From positions 1,472,001 through 1,536,000 of the forward strand of contig CBDDIJ010000003.1 in NCBI GenBank assembly GCA_965228855.1: a stretch of 64,000 nucleotides of DNA, read 5' to 3'. Both the position numbers and the translations under genes were made by a program. Below the pieces are notes generated by a model. The model was not told where the DNA came from. It made no database searches and worked only from the letters and a program-made list of their open reading frames with translations. The DNA comes from Candidatus Obscuribacterales bacterium. Lineage in GTDB: Bacteria > Cyanobacteriota > Vampirovibrionia > Obscuribacterales > Obscuribacteraceae. Numbering within the stretch: the stretch's first letter is position 1; each line of letters begins with the position of its first letter. Shown here in pieces: positions 62,506-64,000 of the stretch.

Positions 62506-63588
62506 ATGAGTATCTTGGATGCAAACGAACTCGAGGCGAAACTCGCGAATGCGAAAAAGGAGTTTGGAGAAGACGACACTCGTCTTGTAAAACCGCTTGA
62601 ACAGCTCGCCTATTCTTACCATACTCTGGGAGAGTACTCGAAAGCGGAAGAATGTTACCGGCAAGTCGTTTTACTGCGCGAAACCAAACTACAAAGTGAA
62701 ACATCCGCGCTCATCGATGTTTTGCATGGTCTGGCAATTTTGATGAGAATTCAAGATAGGTTTGAAGAGGCCGAGCCGTATTATCAAAAAGCGACTGAAC
62801 TGACCGGCTCCTCACTCGGAGAGCTTCATCCGGAGACGCTTACACGCAAAAACTATCTTGCCGGTCTGTATTTCGCCTGGGGCAGATACGAGCCGGCTCG
62901 TGCGCTTGTCGAGGAATCGAAGTCGGTTTACGGTGCGGTTTTTGGTGATAAGCACGAACTCGTCGGTATCTCGGCGATGGGTTTGGCGTTGATATGCAAC
63001 CGACAAGGTGATGCTGACGCCGCCAATCGATTTTTCAAGGAAGCGGTTCGATTGCTTCCAGCCGGTCCGCGAGCCTCAGTGATGCTGGACTTTAGGGACC
63101 TGGCGGCCAGTCTGTTTTTTCTTTCCAAAGAAAAATACAAACTGGGCATGATCGAGGAGGCTGAAACCTTATTTCGTTACTCGTTGATAATCGAAACGGA
63201 TAGACTCTGGCCGGGTCATCGAATAGTTGGTGACAACGTTCAGCTACTGGGAGACCTGTACCGATCGCAATATATGCCGACTGAAGCCGAGTTTCTCTAC
63301 CGCAGGGCGCTTGAGATACGCCGAAACGTTATGGGCAGCGAACATCTTGATGTTGCCGTCAGTGCTAACTCACTGGGAACACTTCTTTTCGATAACAGGC
63401 GTTACGAAGAAGCTGCAACTTTTCTAATGGACGCTTGTGATATTCGCGGCAAGGCCGGTTTCCCGCCACTGTTCGCTAACTCGCTGAGAGCTTATGCAGC
63501 CTGCCTCCGTCAATTGCATCGCAGCGAGGAGGCCGATCAGTGCGAATTGAAGGCACGGAATATCTATGAACGCTACAATCCCGCTTGA
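62506..63588 (+). CDS. Tetratricopeptide repeat protein (kinesin-light-chain-type repeats)
   Basis: Repeats of LAxxY..xGxYxxAExxYxxALxI...GxxHxxV. Confidence 0.9.
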   Translation: MSILDANELEAKLANAKKEFGEDDTRLVKPLEQLAYSYHTLGEYSKAEECYRQVVLLRETKLQSETSALIDVLHGLAILMRIQDRFEEAEPYYQKATELTGSSLGELHPETLTRKNYLAGLYFAWGRYEPARALVEESKSVYGAVFGDKHELVGISAMGLALICNRQGDADAANRFFKEAVRLLPAGPRASVMLDFRDLAASLFFLSKEKYKLGMIEEAETLFRYSLIIETDRLWPGHRIVGDNVQLLGDLYRSQYMPTEAEFLYRRALEIRRNVMGSEHLDVAVSANSLGTLLFDNRRYEEAATFLMDACDIRGKAGFPPLFANSLRAYAACLRQLHRSEEADQCELKARNIYERYNPA

Positions 63589-63675
63589 GCGCATATTTCT
63601 CTTTGCATCTGTTAAGATCTGTTTTTTGAAAAACATTGGCAATGCAGGTTTTGAGCACTCGCAGAGGGAGTTATC

Positions 63676-64000
63676 ATGCGGATTGTAGTATTCGGTGGCG
63701 GCATGCAGGGGCGAGTGATTGCCAGAAATCTGGCAGCACGAGACGAACAGCCGGAAGTAATCATCGCGGATTTGAACGAAGTCGCTGGTCTCGAGTCCAA
63801 TATCAAGTCGGTCAAAGCAAATGTATTGAATAGAGCAGAAGTGGGCAATGTTCTTAAAGGCGCCGATGCTGCAGTTCTTGCAGTTCCAAGTAGTATCGCC
63901 CATGATGCGCTTCGAAATTTGATCGAAACGGGCGTCGCCATTGTCGATGTCAGTTTCACGCCGGACCCGCCTCTCAGTCTCAATGCCGAAGCCGTTAAAA
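63676..64000 (+). CDS. Saccharopine dehydrogenase / lysine 6-dehydrogenase-like protein, 3' end outside window
   Basis: GGGAG RBS. Translation MRIVVFGGGMQGRVIARNL...IIADL...ADAAVLAVPSSI...IETGVAIVDVSF. Not in the ORF track. Confidence 0.85.
   Translation, partial: MRIVVFGGGMQGRVIARNLAARDEQPEVIIADLNEVAGLESNIKSVKANVLNRAEVGNVLKGADAAVLAVPSSIAHDALRNLIETGVAIVDVSFTPDPPLSLNAEAVK

Overview
This is a bacterial chromosomal window with no phage, transposase or cas genes. The gene content suggests a non-photosynthetic cyanobacterial relative (Melainabacteria/Obscuribacterales-like), but that is inference. In order it holds: a LOV-domain histidine kinase running off the left edge (missed by the ORF track), an SDR and a Lon-N protein; a giant secreted beta-repeat protein of about 7,500 aa with no visible transporter domain; skp/ompH; three translationally coupled Ser/Thr kinase-TM-LRR-TPR receptor-like genes; an AttE/FG/H-type ABC cluster; a truncated globin, DUF1643, PspA/IM30, a kinase with an MshEN-like tail and an ATP-grasp enzyme; nadB, nadA and nrtR with an NrtR box; an FAD monooxygenase; a DNA ligase plus MBL exonuclease divergent from nfo; a sigma70 factor; six structurally unusual tRNA genes; msrC, a GT9 enzyme, a TPR protein and a saccharopine dehydrogenase-like gene running off the right edge. 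The clearest unexplained signal is a palindromic repeat family (core CCGATATCGG, full form about GATCGTAAACCGATATCGGTTTACGATC). It has about 21 intergenic copies at 8 loci, mostly in tandem arrays with a 32-35 bp period, and one array sits inside the tRNA cluster.
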